Source: the human T2T-CHM13v2.0 reference genome, Homo sapiens. Taken from it: a stretch of 64,000 nucleotides of DNA. Positions 1 to 13,500 of this stretch are shown here, piece after piece; within the stretch, counting starts at the first letter, position 1, and the number at the start of each line of letters is the position of its first letter. The position numbers and the translations under genes were made by a program. The DNA lies in the NCBI RefSeq assembly GCF_009914755.1, contig NC_060948.1, one strand, 5' to 3'. The notes under the pieces were generated by a model. It was given only the letters and a program-made list of their open reading frames with translations, was not told the origin of the DNA and did no database searches.

Positions 1-455
1 TCCAATGGAATAGAATCTAATGCAATAAAATCGACTCAAATAGAGTAGAATGTAATGGAATGGAGTGCAGTGCAATGGAATGGAATGGAATGGGATGGAA
101 TGGTATGGAATGGATAGTAATGGACTGGAGTGAAATGGACTGGAAAATAATGGACTCAAATTGAAAGGGCTCGAAAGGAATGGAGTCAAATGGAATGGTC
201 TGGAATGGAATGAACACGAATGTAATGCAATCCAATAGAATGGAATCGAATGGCATGGAATATAAAGAAATGGAATCGAAGAGAATGGAAACAAATGGAA
301 TGGAATTGAATGGAATGGAATTGAATGGAATGGGAACGAATGGAGTGAAATTGTATGCAGTAGAAGAGAATAGAATGGAATGCAAGCGAAAGGAAAGGAA
401 TGGATTGGAATGGAATGGAATTCATTGGAATGGAAGGGAATGTAGTGTAATGGAC

Positions 456-461
456 AGGCCT
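456..461. other. Unit-defining StuI/HaeIII site AGGCCT (one in each complete unit)
   Basis: GACAGGCCT seen once per complete unit; explains the male-specific ~3.4-3.5-kb HaeIII band that defines DYZ1. Confidence 0.9.
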
Positions 462-830
462 GTAATAAAGTGGAATGCTACGGTCTCGAATGGAATAAAA
501 ATGTATGGAATGGAATGCAATGAAACGGAATCGAATGTCATAGAAGTAATGGAATGCAAAAAAATGGACTCCAAAATCATTGACTGGAAAGGCTGGGTGT
601 CGAAAGGAATTTACTCCAATGGAATGGAATCGAATGGAATGGAAGTGAATAGAATCGAACTAAATCGAACGGAATGGAATTGATAGGAACGGAATGGAAA
701 GGAATGCAATGATTTCGCATGGAATGGAATCGAATGGCATCGAATGGAATGGAATGGAATGCAATGGAATGGAATGTATTAAAATGTAATGAACTTTAAT
801 GGAATGTACTCGAATGGATTCGACTGGAAT

Positions 831-845
831 GGAATGTTCTCGAAG
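831..845. promoter_or_regulatory. Consensus heat-shock element 1 (GGAAT GTTCT CGAAG); recurs in every complete unit
   Basis: Exact nGAAn-nTTCn-nGAAn match. Binding is inferred, not shown. Confidence 0.55.
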
Positions 846-1100
846 TGAATGGACTCCAATGGAATGGATTCGAAAGGAATGGAATCTAATGGAATGGAAT
901 TAAATGGAAATGAATCAAATTGAATAGAACGGAATTGAATTGAATGGAATCGAATGCAATGGAATCTAATGAAACGGAAAGGAAAGGAATGGAATGGAAT
1001 GGAATGGAATGGGCTGGAATGGAATGGAATCGAAACGAATGGAATGGAATCGAACTGAAGAGACTGGAATGGAATACACTGGAATGGAAGGGAATGTAAT

Positions 1101-1115
1101 GGAAGGTTCTCGAAA
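1101..1115. promoter_or_regulatory. Consensus heat-shock element 2 (GGAAG GTTCT CGAAA); broken in U2, U5, U6
   Basis: Exact nGAAn-nTTCn-nGAAn match. Type-B units read GTTCT CAAGA (e.g. 4640-4654). Confidence 0.55.
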
Positions 1116-2121
1116 AAAATGTAATTGAAAGGAATGGAATTGAGTGGAACGGAATAGAGTCGAATGGAATTCAATGGAATGGAATGGACTAGAGTGAAAT
1201 GGAATCGAACCACAAGGAATGGACAGGAATAGAATGGTCTCGAATTGAATGGAATCGTATCGAATGGCATCAAACGGAATGGAATGGACAGCCACGGAAT
1301 GGAATGCACTCGAATGCAATGGAGTCGAAACTAATGGACTGGAATAGAATGGACTCGACTGGTACGGACTCCAATGGAATGGAATCGAATGGAAGGGAAT
1401 CGAACGGAATGGACTCGAAGGGAAAAGACTGCAATGGAAAGGTCTCGAATGGAATGGAAATTAATGGAATGGAATGGAATCGAATGAAATGGAGTCAAAA
1501 GGAATGGAATCGAATGGCAAGAAATCGAATGTAATGGAATCGCAAGGAATTGATGTGAACGGAACGGAATGGAATGGAATCCAAAGGAATGGAATAGAAT
1601 GGAATGGAATCGAATGGAAAGGACTCGAATGGAAATCACTCGAATAGAATGCAATTTAATAAAATAGGATCAAATGTAATGGAATGGAATGGAAAGGAAT
1701 CGAAACGAAAGGAATGGAGACAGATGGAATGGAATGGAACAGAGAGCAATGGTATAGAATGGAATGGAATCATCTGGAATGGAATTGAATGGAATGGAAT
1801 AACATGAAATGGACTGGAATGGAATGGAATGCCCTTGAATTAAATGGACTGGAATGGAATGGACTCGAACAGAGTGGAATGGAAAGTGTTGAAATAGAAT
1901 GGAATGGACTCGTTTGGAATGGTCTAGTATGCAATGCAATCGACTGGCAGGGAATCAAAAGGAATGTAATCGAATGGATTGGACTGGAATGCAATGGACT
2001 TGAATAGATTGGAAACGGAATGCAAAGGAATGGAATGGAATAGTATGGAATGGAATGGAAAGGAATGGAGTGGAATAGACTAGAGTGGAATGGAATGGAC
2101 TCGAAAGCAATGGACTGGAAT

Positions 2122-2136
2122 GGAACTTTCTTGAAT
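2122..2136. promoter_or_regulatory. Consensus heat-shock element 3 (GGAAC TTTCT TGAAT); broken in U16
   Basis: Exact nGAAn-nTTCn-nGAAn match. U16 reads GAAAC TTTCT TGAAT (55127-55141). Confidence 0.5.
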
Positions 2137-3498
2137 GGACTGGAATCAAACGGAATGGAATGCAATGCAATCAAATGGCATGGAATAAAATAGAATGAAA
2201 GAGAATCAAATGGAATTGAATCGAATGGAATCGAATGGATTGGAAAGGAATAGAATGGAATGGAATGGAATTGACTCAAATGGAATGGACTAGAATGGAA
2301 TGGATTTGAATGGAAGGCAAAGGAATGGAATCTATTGGAATGGACTGTAATGGAATGGCATGGAAGGGATTGGAATGGACTCGAATGGAATGGACTGCAA
2401 TAGAAAGGATTCGAATGGAATGAAAAAGAATTGAATGGAATAGAACAGAATGGAATCAAATCGAATGAAATGGAATGGAATAGAAAGGAATGGAATGAAA
2501 TGGAATGGAAAGGATTCGAATGGAATGCAATCGAATGGAATGGAATCGAACGGAATGGAATAAAATGGAAGAAAACTGGCAAGAAATGGAATCGAAATGA
2601 ATGGAGTGTTATGGAACGGACTCAAAAGGAATTGAATGTAATAGAATGGAGTGGAGTGGACTCAAATATAATAGACTGGAATGGAATGAAATCACATGGA
2701 ATGGGAACGAATGGAATGGAATGGAAAGGAATGGAATCGAATGGAAAGGAATCGAATGGAAGGGAATGAAATTGAATCAACAGTAATGGAAAGGAGTAGA
2801 ATAGACGGTAATGGAATGGGCTCGAATAGAATGGACACGAATGCTCAAATTAAATGGACTCGAATGGAATGGAAACGAAAGGAATGTCATCGAATGGAAT
2901 TGAATCGATTGGAATGAAATCACATAGAATGGAGTGGAATCAAATGGAATTGAATCGAAAGGAAAGGAAGCGAATGGACTGAAATGAAATGGAATGGAAT
3001 TGAATGGAAATTAATGCAATGGAATAGAATGGAAAGAAATTTCACGGAATGGAATCAAACTGAATGGAATCAAATCAATGGAATGTAATCAAATGGAATG
3101 GAAAGGAATTGAATGGAGTAGATTGGATTGGATAGGATTGGAATGAAATGTACTGGAAAGGACTCGAATTTCATGAAACAGAATGGAATGAATTAGAACG
3201 GAATGGACTCGAATGGAATGGAATATCACGGAATGGCATCAAATGGAATGGCATCAATTGGAATGGAATCGAATGCAATGGAATGCTATGGAATGGAATG
3301 GAATGCATTGGAATGGAATGTCCTCTAATGGAATGGATTCGAGTGGAATGGAATCGAATATAATGGAGTCTAATGAAATGGAATTGAAAGGAATGGGATC
3401 CAATACAATGGAATATACTGGAATGTAATGTAATGAACTCGAATGTAATTGACTGGAATGGAATGTACATGAATGGAATGTAATCGAATGGAAAGTAA

Positions 3499-6400
3499 TC
3501 CAATGGAATAGAATCTAATGCAATAAAATCGACTCAAGTAGAGTAGAATATAATGGAATGGAGTGCAGTGCAATGGAATGGAATGGAATGGAATGCAATG
3601 GAATGGAATGGAATGGAATGGAATGGAATGGGATGGAATGGTATGGAATGGATAGTAATGGACTGGAGTGAAATGGACTGGAAAGGAATGGACTCAAATT
3701 GAAAGGGCTCGAAAGGAATGGAGTCAAATGGAATGGTCTGGAATGGAATGAACACGAATGTAATGCAATCCAATAGAATGGAATCGAATGGCATGGAATG
3801 TAAAGAAATGGAATCGAAGAGAATGGAAACAAATGGAATGGAATTGAATGGAATGGAATTGAATGGAATGGGAACGAATGGAGTGAAATTGTATGCAGTA
3901 GAAGAGAATAGAATGGAATGCAAGCGAAAGGAAAGGAATGGATTGGAATGGAATGGAATTCATTGGAATGGAAGGGAATGTAGTGTAATGGACAGGCCTG
4001 GAATAAAGTGGAATGCTACGGTCTCGAATGGAATAAAAATGTATGGAATGGAATGCAATGAAACGGAATCGAATGTCATAGAATGTAATGGAATGCAAAA
4101 AAATGGAATCCAAAATCATTGACTGGAAAGGCTGGGTGTCGAAAGGAATTGACTCCAATGGAATGGAATCGAATGGCATGGAAGTGAATAGAATGGAACT
4201 AAATCGAATGGAATGGAATTGATAGGAACGGAATGGAAAGGAATGCAATGATTTGGCATGGAATGGAATCGAATGGCATCGAATGGAATGGAATGGAATG
4301 CAATGGAATGGAATGTATTAGAATGTAATGAACTTTAATGGAATGTACTCGAATGGATTCGACTGGAATGGAATGTTCTCGAAGTGAATGGACTCCAATG
4401 GAATGGATTCGAAAGGAATGGAATCTAATGGAATGGAATTAAATGGAAATGAATCAAATTGAATAGAACGGAATTGAATTGAATGGAATCGAATGCAATG
4501 GAATCTAATGAAAAGGAAAGGAAAGGAATGGAATGGATTGGAATGGAATGGGCTGGAATGGAATGGAATCGAAACGAATGGAATGGAATCGAACTGAAGA
4601 GACTGGAATGGAATGCACTGGAATGGAAGGGAATGTAATGGAAGGTTCTCAAGAAAAATGGAATCGAAAGGAATGGAATTGAATGGAACGGAATAGAGTC
4701 GAATGGAATTCAATGGAATGGAATGGACTAGAGTGAAATGGAATCGAACCACAAGGAATGGACAGGAATAGAATGGTCTCGAATTGAATGGAATCGTATG
4801 GAATGGCATCAAACGGAATGGAATGGACAGCCACGGAATGGAATGCACTCGAATGCAATGGAGTCGACACTAACGGAGTGGAATAGAATGGACTCGACTG
4901 GTACGGACTCCAATGGAATGGAATCGAATGGAAGGGTATCGAACGGAATGGACTCGAAGGGAAAAGACTGCAATGGAAAGGTCTCGAATGGAATGGAAAT
5001 TAATGGAATGGAATGGAATCGAATGAAATGGAGTCAAAAGGAATGGAATCGAATGGCAAGAAATCGAATGTAATGGAATCGCAAGGAATTGAAGTGAACG
5101 GAACGGAATGCAATGGAATCCAAAGGAATGGAATAGAATGGAATGGAATCGAATGGAAAGGACTCGAATGGAAATCACTCGAATAGAATGCAATTTAATA
5201 AAATAGGATCAAATGTAATGGAATGGAATGGAAAGGAATCGAAACGAAAGGAATGGAGACAGATGGAATGGAATGGAACAGAGAGCAATGGTATAGAATG
5301 GAATGGAATCATCTGGAATGGAATTGAATGGAATGGAATAATATGAAATGGAATGGAATGGAATGGAATGCCCTTGAATTAAATGGACTGGAATGGAATG
5401 GACTCGAACAGAGTGGAATGGAAAGTGTTGAAATAGAATGGAATGGACTCGTTTGGAATGGTCTAGTATGCAATGCAATCGACTGGCAGGGAATCAAAAG
5501 GAATGTAATCGAATGGATTGGACTGGAATGCAATGGACTCGAATAGATTGGAAACGGAAAGCAAAGGAATGGAATGGAATAGTATGGAATGGAATGGAAA
5601 GGAATGGAGTGGAATAGACTAGAGTGGAATGGAATGGACTGGAAAGCAATGGACTGGAATGGAACTTTCTTGAATGGACTGGAATCAAACGGAATGGAAT
5701 GCAATGCAATCAAATGGCATGGAATAAAATAGAATGAAAGAGAATCAAATGGAATTGAATCGAATGGAATCGAATGGATTGGAAAGGAATAGAATGGAAT
5801 GGAACGGAATTGACTCAAATGGAATGGACTAGAATGGAATGGATTCGAATGGAAGGCAAAGGAATGGAATCTATTGGAATGGACTGTAATGGAATGGAAT
5901 GGAAGGGATTGGAATGGACTCGAATGGAATGGACTGCAATAGAAAGGATTCGAATGGAATGAAAAAGAATTGAATGGAATAGAACAGAATGGAATCAAAT
6001 CGAATGAAATGGAATGGAAGAGAAAGGAATGGAATGAAATGGAATGGAAAGGATTCGAATGGAATGCAATCGAATGGAATGGAATCGAACGGAATGGAAT
6101 AAAATGGAAGAAAACTGGCAAGAAATGGAATCGAAATGAATGGAGTGTTATGGAACGGACTCAAAAGGAATTGAATGTAATAGAATGGAGTGGAGTGGAC
6201 TCGAATATAATGGACTGGAATGGAATGAAATCACATGGAATGGGAACGAATGGAATGGAATGGAAAGGAATGGAATCGAATGGAAAGGAATCGAATGGAA
6301 GGGAATGAAATTGAATCAACAGGAATGGAAGGGAGTAGAATAGACGGTAATGGAATGGACTCGAATAGAATGGACACGAATGCTCAAATTGAATGGACTC

Positions 6401-7022
6401 GAATGGAATGGAAACGAAAGGAATGTCATCGAATGGAATTGAATCGATTGGAATGAAATCGCATAGAATGGAGTGGAATCAAATGGAATTGAATCGAAAG
6501 GAAAGGAAGCGAATGGACTGAAATGAAATGGAATGGAATTGAATGGAAAGTAATGCAATGGAATAGAATGGAACGAAATTTCACGGAATGGAATCAAACT
6601 GAATGGAATCAAATCAATGGAATATAATCAAATGGAATGGAAAGGAATTGAATGGAGTAGATTGGATTGGATGGGATTGGAATGAAATGTACTGGAAAGG
6701 ACTCGAAATTCATGAAACGGAATGGAATGAACTGGAACGGAATGGACTCGAATGGAATGGAATGTCATGGAATGGCATCAAATGGAATGGAATCGAATGC
6801 GATGGAATGCTATGGAATGGAATGGAATGCATTGGAATGGAATGTCCTCTAATGGAATGTATTCGAGTGGAATGGAATCGAATATAATGGAGTCTAATGA
6901 AATAGAATTGAAAGGAATGGGACCGAATACAATGGAATAAACTGGTATGTAATGTAATGAACTCGAATGTAATTGACTGGAATGGAATGTACATGAATGG
7001 AATGTAATCGAATGGAAAGCAA
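3499..7022 (+). repeat. DYZ1 unit U2 (3524 bp; type B)
   Basis: Anchor at 3499. Markers: GTTCTCAAGAAAA, GACACTAACGGAGTGG, GGGTATCG, GAAGTGAACG. Confidence 0.92.
3859..4012. other. 154-bp DYZ1 sexing-PCR target (Y1.1/Y1.2 primer sites), one per unit; U2 copy shown
   Basis: Begins TTGAATGGAATGGGAACGAATGG and ends GGACAGGCCTGGAATAAAGTGGA (reverse complement of TCCACTTTATTCCAGGCCTGTCC). These match the DYZ1 primers as I recall them; the span is exactly 154 bp. The U1 copy (321-474) has one mismatch. Confidence 0.85.
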
Positions 7023-10000
7023 TCCAATGGAATAGAATCTAATGCAATAAAATCGACTCAAATAGAGTAGAATGTAATGGAATGGAGTGCAGTGCAATGG
7101 AATGGAATGGAATGCAACGGAATGGAATGGAATGGAATGGAATGGGATGGAATGGTATGGAATGGATAGTAATGGACTGGAGTGAAATGGACTGGAAAAG
7201 AATGGACTCAAATTGAAAGGGCTCGAAAGGAATGGAGTCAAATGGAATGGTCTGGAATGGAATGAACACGAATGTAATGCAATCCAATAGAATGGAATCG
7301 AATGGCATGGAATATAAAGAAATGGAATCGAAGAGAATGGAAACAAATGGAATGGAATTGAATGGAATGGAATTGAATGGAATGGGAACGAATGGAGTGA
7401 AATTGTATGCAGTAGAAGAGAATAGAATGGAATGCAAGCGAAAGGAAAGGAATGGATTGGAATGGAATGGAATTCATTGGAATGGAAGGGAATGTAGTGT
7501 AATGGACAGGCCTGGAATAAAGTGGAATGCTACGGTCTCGAATGGAATAAAAATGTATGGAATGGAATGCAATGAAACGGAATCGAATGTCATAGAATGT
7601 AATGGAATGCAAAAAAATGGACTCCAAAATCATTGACTGGAAAGGCTGGGTGTCGAAAGGAATTGACTCCAATGGAATGGAATCGAATGGAATGGAAGTG
7701 AATAGAATCGAACTAAATCGAATGGAATGGAATTGATAGGAACGGAATGGAAAGGAATGCAATGATTTGGCATGGAATGGAATCGAAAGGCATCGAATGG
7801 AATGGAATGGAATGCAATGGAATGGAATGTATTAGAATGTAATGAACATTAATGGAAAGTACTCGAATGGATTCGACTGGAATGGAATGTTCTGGAAGTG
7901 AATGGACTCCAATGGAATGGATTCGAAAGGAATGGAATCGAACGGAATGGAATTAAACGGAAATGAATCAAATAGAATAGAACGGAATTGAATTGAATGG
8001 AATCGAATGCAATGGAATCTAATGAAACGGAAAGGAATGGAATGGAATGGGCTGGAATGGAATGGAATCGAAACGAATGGAATGGAATCGAACTGAAGAG
8101 ACTGGAATGGAATGCACTGGAATGGAAGGGAATGTAATGGAAGGTTCTCGAAAAAAATGGAATCGAAAGGAATGGAATTGAATGGAACGGAATAGAGTCG
8201 AATGGAATTCAATGGAATGGAATGGACTAGAGTGAAATGGAATCGAACCACAAGGAATGGACAGGAATAGAATGGTCTCGAATTGAATGGAATCGTATGG
8301 AATGGCATCAAACGGAATGGAATGGACGGCCACGGAATGGAATGCACTCGAATGCAATGGAGTCGAAACTAATGGACTGGAATAGAATGGACTCGACTGG
8401 TACGGACTCCAATGGAATGGAATCGAATGGAAGGGAATCGAACGGAATGGACTCGAAGGGAAAAGACTGCAATGGAAAGGTCTCGAATGGAATGGAAATT
8501 AATGGAATGGAATGGAATCGAATGAAATGGAGTCAAAAGGAATGGAATCGAATGGCAAGAAATCGAATGTAATGGAATCGCAAGGAATTGATGTGAACGG
8601 AACGGAATGGAATGGAATCCAAAGGAATGGAATAGAATGGAATGGAATCGAATGGAAAGGACTCGAATGGAAATCACTCGAATAGAATGCAATTTAATAA
8701 AATAGGATCAAATGTAATGGAATGGAATGGAAAGGAATCGAAACGAAAGGAATGGAGACAGATGGAATGGAATGGAACAGAGAGCAATGGTATAGAATGG
8801 AATGGAATCATCTGGAATGGAATTGAATGGAATGGAATAATATGAAATGGAATGGAATGGAATGGAATGCCCTTGAATTAAATGGACTGGAATGGAATGG
8901 ACTCGAACAGAGTGGAATGGAAAGTGTTGAAATAGAATGGAATGGACTCGTTTGGAATGGTCTAGTATGCAATGCAATCGACTGGCAGGGAATCAAAAGG
9001 AATGTAATCGAATGGATTGGACTGGAATGCAATGGACTCGAATAGATTGGAAACGGAAAGCAAAGGAATGGAATGGAATAGTATGGAATGGAATGCAAAG
9101 GAATGGAGTGGAATAGACTAGAGTGGAATGGAATGGACTCGAAAGCAATGGACTGGAATGGAACTTTCTTGAATGGACTGGAATCAAACGGAATGGAATG
9201 CAATGCAATCAAATGGCATGGAATAAAATAGAATGAAAGAGAATCAAATGGAATTGAATCGAATGGAATCGAATGGATTGGAAAGGAATAGAATGGAATG
9301 GAATGGAATTGACTCAAATGGAATGGACTAGAATGGAATGGATTCGAATGGAAGGCAAAGGAATGGAATCTATTGGAATGGACTGTAATGGAATGGAATG
9401 GAAGGGATTGTAATGGACTCGAATGGAATGGACTGCAGTAGAAAGGATTCGAATGGAATGAAAAAGAATTGAATGGAATAGAACAGAATGGAATCAAATC
9501 GAATGAAATGGAATGGAATAGAAAGGAATGGAATGAAATGGAATGGAAAGGATTCGAATGGAATGCAATCGAATGGAATGCAATCGAATGGAATGGAATC
9601 GAACGGAATGGAATAAAATGGAAGAAAACTGGCAAGAAATGGAATCGAAATGAATGGAGTGTTACGGAACGGACTCAAAAGGAATTGAATGTAATAGAAT
9701 GGAGTGGAGTGGACTCGAATATAATGGACTAGAATGGAATGAAATCACATGGAATGGGAACGAATGGAATGGAATGGAAAGGAATGGAATCGAATGGAAA
9801 GGAATCGAATGGAAGGGAATGAAATTGAATCAACAGGAATGGAAGGGAGTAGAATAGACGGTAATGGAATGGACTCGAATAGAATGGACACGAATGCTCA
9901 AATTGAATGGACTCGAATGGAATGGCAACGAAAGGAATGTCATCGAATGGAATTGAATCGTTGGAATGAAATCACATAGAATGGAGTGGAATCAAATGGA

Positions 10001-10550
10001 ATTGAATCGAAAGGAAAAGAAGCGAATTGACTGAAATGAAATGGAATGGAATTGAATGGAAAGTAATGCAACGGAATAGAATGGAATGAAATTTCACGGA
10101 ATGGAATCAAACTGAATGGAATCAAATCAATGGAATATAATCAAATGGAATGGAAAGGAATTGAATGGAGTAGATTGTATTGGATGGGATTGGAATGAAA
10201 TGTACTGGAAAGGACTCGAATTTCATGAAACGGAATGGAATGTATTAGAACGGAATGGACTCGAATGGAATTGAATGTCACGGAATGGCATCAAATGGAA
10301 TGGCATCAATTGGAATGGAATCGAATGCAATGGAATGCTATGGAATGGAATGGAATGCATTGGAATGGAATGTCCTCTAATGGAATGGATTCGAGTGGAA
10401 TGGAATCGAATATAATGGAGTCTAATGAAATGGAATTGAAAGGAATGGGATCCAATACAATGGAATATACTGGAATGTAATGTAATGAACTCGAATGTAA
10501 TTGACTGGAATGGAATGTACATGAGTGGAATGTAATCGAATGGAAAGTAA
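7023..10550 (+). repeat. DYZ1 unit U3 (3528 bp; type C)
   Basis: Anchor at 7023. Markers: AACATTAATGGAAAGTAC, extra HaeIII site GGCC 8328-8331, GTTACGGAAC, 1-bp deletion GAATCGTTGG near 9960. Confidence 0.92.
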
Positions 10551-13500
10551 TCCAATGGAATAGAATCTAATGCAATAAAATCGACTCAAATAGAGTAGAA
10601 TGTAATGGAATGGAGTGCAGTGCAATGGAATGGAATGGAATGGGATGGAATGGTATGGAATGGATAGTAATGGACTGGAGTGAAATGGACTGGAAAATAA
10701 TGGACTCAAATTGAAAGGGCTCGAAAGGAATGGAGTCAAATGGAATGGTCTGGAATGGAATGAACACGAATGTAATGCAATCCAATAGAATGGAATCGAA
10801 TGGCATGGAATATAAAGAAATGGAATCGAAGAGAATGGAAACAAATGGAATGGAATTGAATGGAATGGAATTGAATGGAATGGGAACGAATGGAGTGAAA
10901 TTGTATGCAGTAGAAGAGAATAGAATGGAATGCAAGCGAAAGGAAAGGAATGGATTGGAATGGAATGGAATTCATTGGAATGGAAGGGAATGTAGTGTAA
11001 TGGACAGGCCTGGAATAAAGTGGAATGCTACGGTCTCGAATGGAATAAAAATGTATGGAATGGAATGCAATGAAACGGAATCGAATGTCATAGAAGTAAT
11101 GGAATGCAAAAAAATGGACTCCAAAATCATTGACTGGAAAGGCTGGGTGTCGAAAGGAATTGACTCCAATGGAATGGAATCGAATGGAATGGAAGTGAAT
11201 AGAATCGAACTAAATCGAATGGAATGGAATTGATAGGAACGGAATGGAAAGGAATGCAATGATTTCGCATGGAATGGAATCGAATGGCATCGAATGGAAT
11301 GGAATGGAATGCAATGGAATGGAATGTATTAAAATGTAATGAACTTTAATGGAATGTACTCGAATGGATTCGACTGGAATGGAATGTTCTCGAAGTGAAT
11401 GGACTCCAATGGAATGGATTCGAAAGGAATGGAATCTAATGGAATGGAATTAAATGGAAATGAATCAAATTGAATAGAACGGAATTGAATTGAATGGAAT
11501 CGAATGCAATGGAATCTAATGAAACGGAAAGGAAAGGAATGGAATGGAATGGAATGGAATGGGCTGGAATGGAATGGAATCGAAACGAATGGAATGGAAT
11601 CGAACTGAAGAGACTGGAATGGAATACACTGGAATGGAAGGGAATGTAATGGAAGGTTCTCGAAAAAATGTAATTGAAAGGAATGGAATTGAGTGGAACG
11701 GAATAGAGTCGAATGGAATTCAATGGAATGGAATGGACTAGAGTGAAATGGAATCGAACCACAAGGAATGGACAGGAATAGAATGGTCTCGAATTGAATG
11801 GAATCGTATGGAATGGCATCAAACGGAATGGAATGGACAGCCACGGAATGGAATGCACTCGAATGCAATGGAGTCGAAACTAATGGACTGGAATAGAATG
11901 GACTCGACTGGTACGGACTCCAATGGAATGGAATCGAATGGAAGGGAATCGAACGGAATGGACTCGAAGGGAAAAGACTGCAATGGAAAGGTCTCGAATG
12001 GAATGGAAATTAATGGAATGGAATGGAATCGAATGAAATGGAGTCAAAAGGAATGGAATCGAATGGCAAGAAATCGGATGTAATGGAATCGCAAGGAATT
12101 GATGTGAACGGAACGGAATGGAATGGAATCCAAAGGAATGGAATAGAATGGAATGGAATCGAATGGAAAGGACTCGAATGGAAATCACTCGAATAGAATG
12201 CAATTTAATAAAATAGGATCAAATGTAATGGAATGGAATGGAAAGGAATCGAAACGAAAGGAATGGAGACAGATGGAATGGAATGGAACAGAGAGCAATG
12301 GTATAGAATGGAATGGAATCATCTGGAATGGAATTGAATGGAATGGAATAACATGAAATGGACTGGAATGGAATGGAATGCCCTTGAATTAAATGGACTG
12401 GAATGGAATGGACTCGAACAGAGTGGAATGGAAAGTGTTGAAATAGAATGGAATGGACTCGTTTGGAATGGTCTAGTATGCAATGCAATCGACTGGCAGG
12501 GAATCAAAAGGAATGTAATCGAATGGATTGGACTGGAATGCAATGGACTCGAATAGATTGGAAACGGAATGCAAAGGAATGGAATGGAATAGTATGGAAT
12601 GGAATGGAAAGGAATGGAGTGGAATAGACTAGAGTGGAATGGAATGGACTCGAAAGCAATGGACTGGAATGGAACTTTCTTGAATGGACTGGAATCAAAC
12701 GGAATGGAATGTAATGCAATCAAATGGCATGGAATAAAATAGAATGAAAGAGAATCAAATGGAATTGAATCGAATGGAATCGAATGGATTGGAAAGGAAT
12801 AGAATGGAATGGAATGGAATTGACTCAAATGGAATGGACTAGAATGGAATGGATTCGAATGGAAGGCAAAGGAATGGAATCTATTGGAATGGACTGTAAT
12901 GGAATGGAATGGAAGGGATTGGAATGGACTCGAATGGAATGGACTGCAATAGAAAGGATTCGAATGGAATGAAAAAGAATTGAATGGAATAGAACAGAAT
13001 GGAATCAAATCGAATGAAATGGAATGGAATAGAAAGGAATGGAATGAAATGGAATGGAAAGGATTCGAATGGAATGCAATCGAATGGACTGGAATCGAAC
13101 GGAATGGAATAAAATGGAAGAAAACTGGCAAGAAATGGAATCGAAATGAATGGAGTGTTATGGAACGGACTCAAAAGGAATTGAATGTAATAGAATGGAG
13201 TGGAGTGGACTCCAATATAATAGACTGGAATGGAATGAAATCACATGGAATGGGAACGAATGGAATGGAATGGAAAGGAATGGAATCGAATGGAAAGGAA
13301 TCGAATGGAAGGGAATGAAATTGAATCAACAGGAATGGAAAGGAGTAGAATAGACGGTAATGGAATGGGCTCGAATAGAATGGACACGAATGCTCAAATT
13401 AAATGGACTCGAATGGAATGGAAACGAAAGGAATGTCATCGAATGGAATTGAATCGATTGGAATGAAATCACATAGAATGGAGTGGAATCAAATGGAATT

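Larger units (their letters stand above)
1..3498 (+). repeat. DYZ1 unit U1 (3498 bp; type A)
   Basis: Unit start set arbitrarily at the anchor TCCAATGGAATAGAATCTAATGCAATAAAA (1; next copy 3499). Markers: TAGAAGTAAT 1-bp deletion (~541), GATTTCGCAT, AACATGAAATGGACTGG, BamHI 3396-3401. Confidence 0.92.

Noticed and set aside
24-29. AATAAA hexamers (several per unit) as polyadenylation signals
   Set aside because: Easily generated from GGAAT-AAAAT variants, with no downstream GU/U-rich element or transcript evidence in the sequence. DYZ1 transcripts are reported, but cannot be located from sequence alone.
1770-2582. Longest recurrent ORF (~270-313 aa, - strand) present in nearly every unit
   Set aside because: Recurrence reflects unit duplication. 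The pyrimidine-rich strand is stop-poor by composition, the start is a non-ATG codon and the ends vary between units.
3164-3180. Possible fourth HSE at CGAATTTCATGAAAC
   Set aside because: The TTC is one base out of register with the upstream GAA, so only a two-pentamer TTCnnGAA remains, not a full three-pentamer element.
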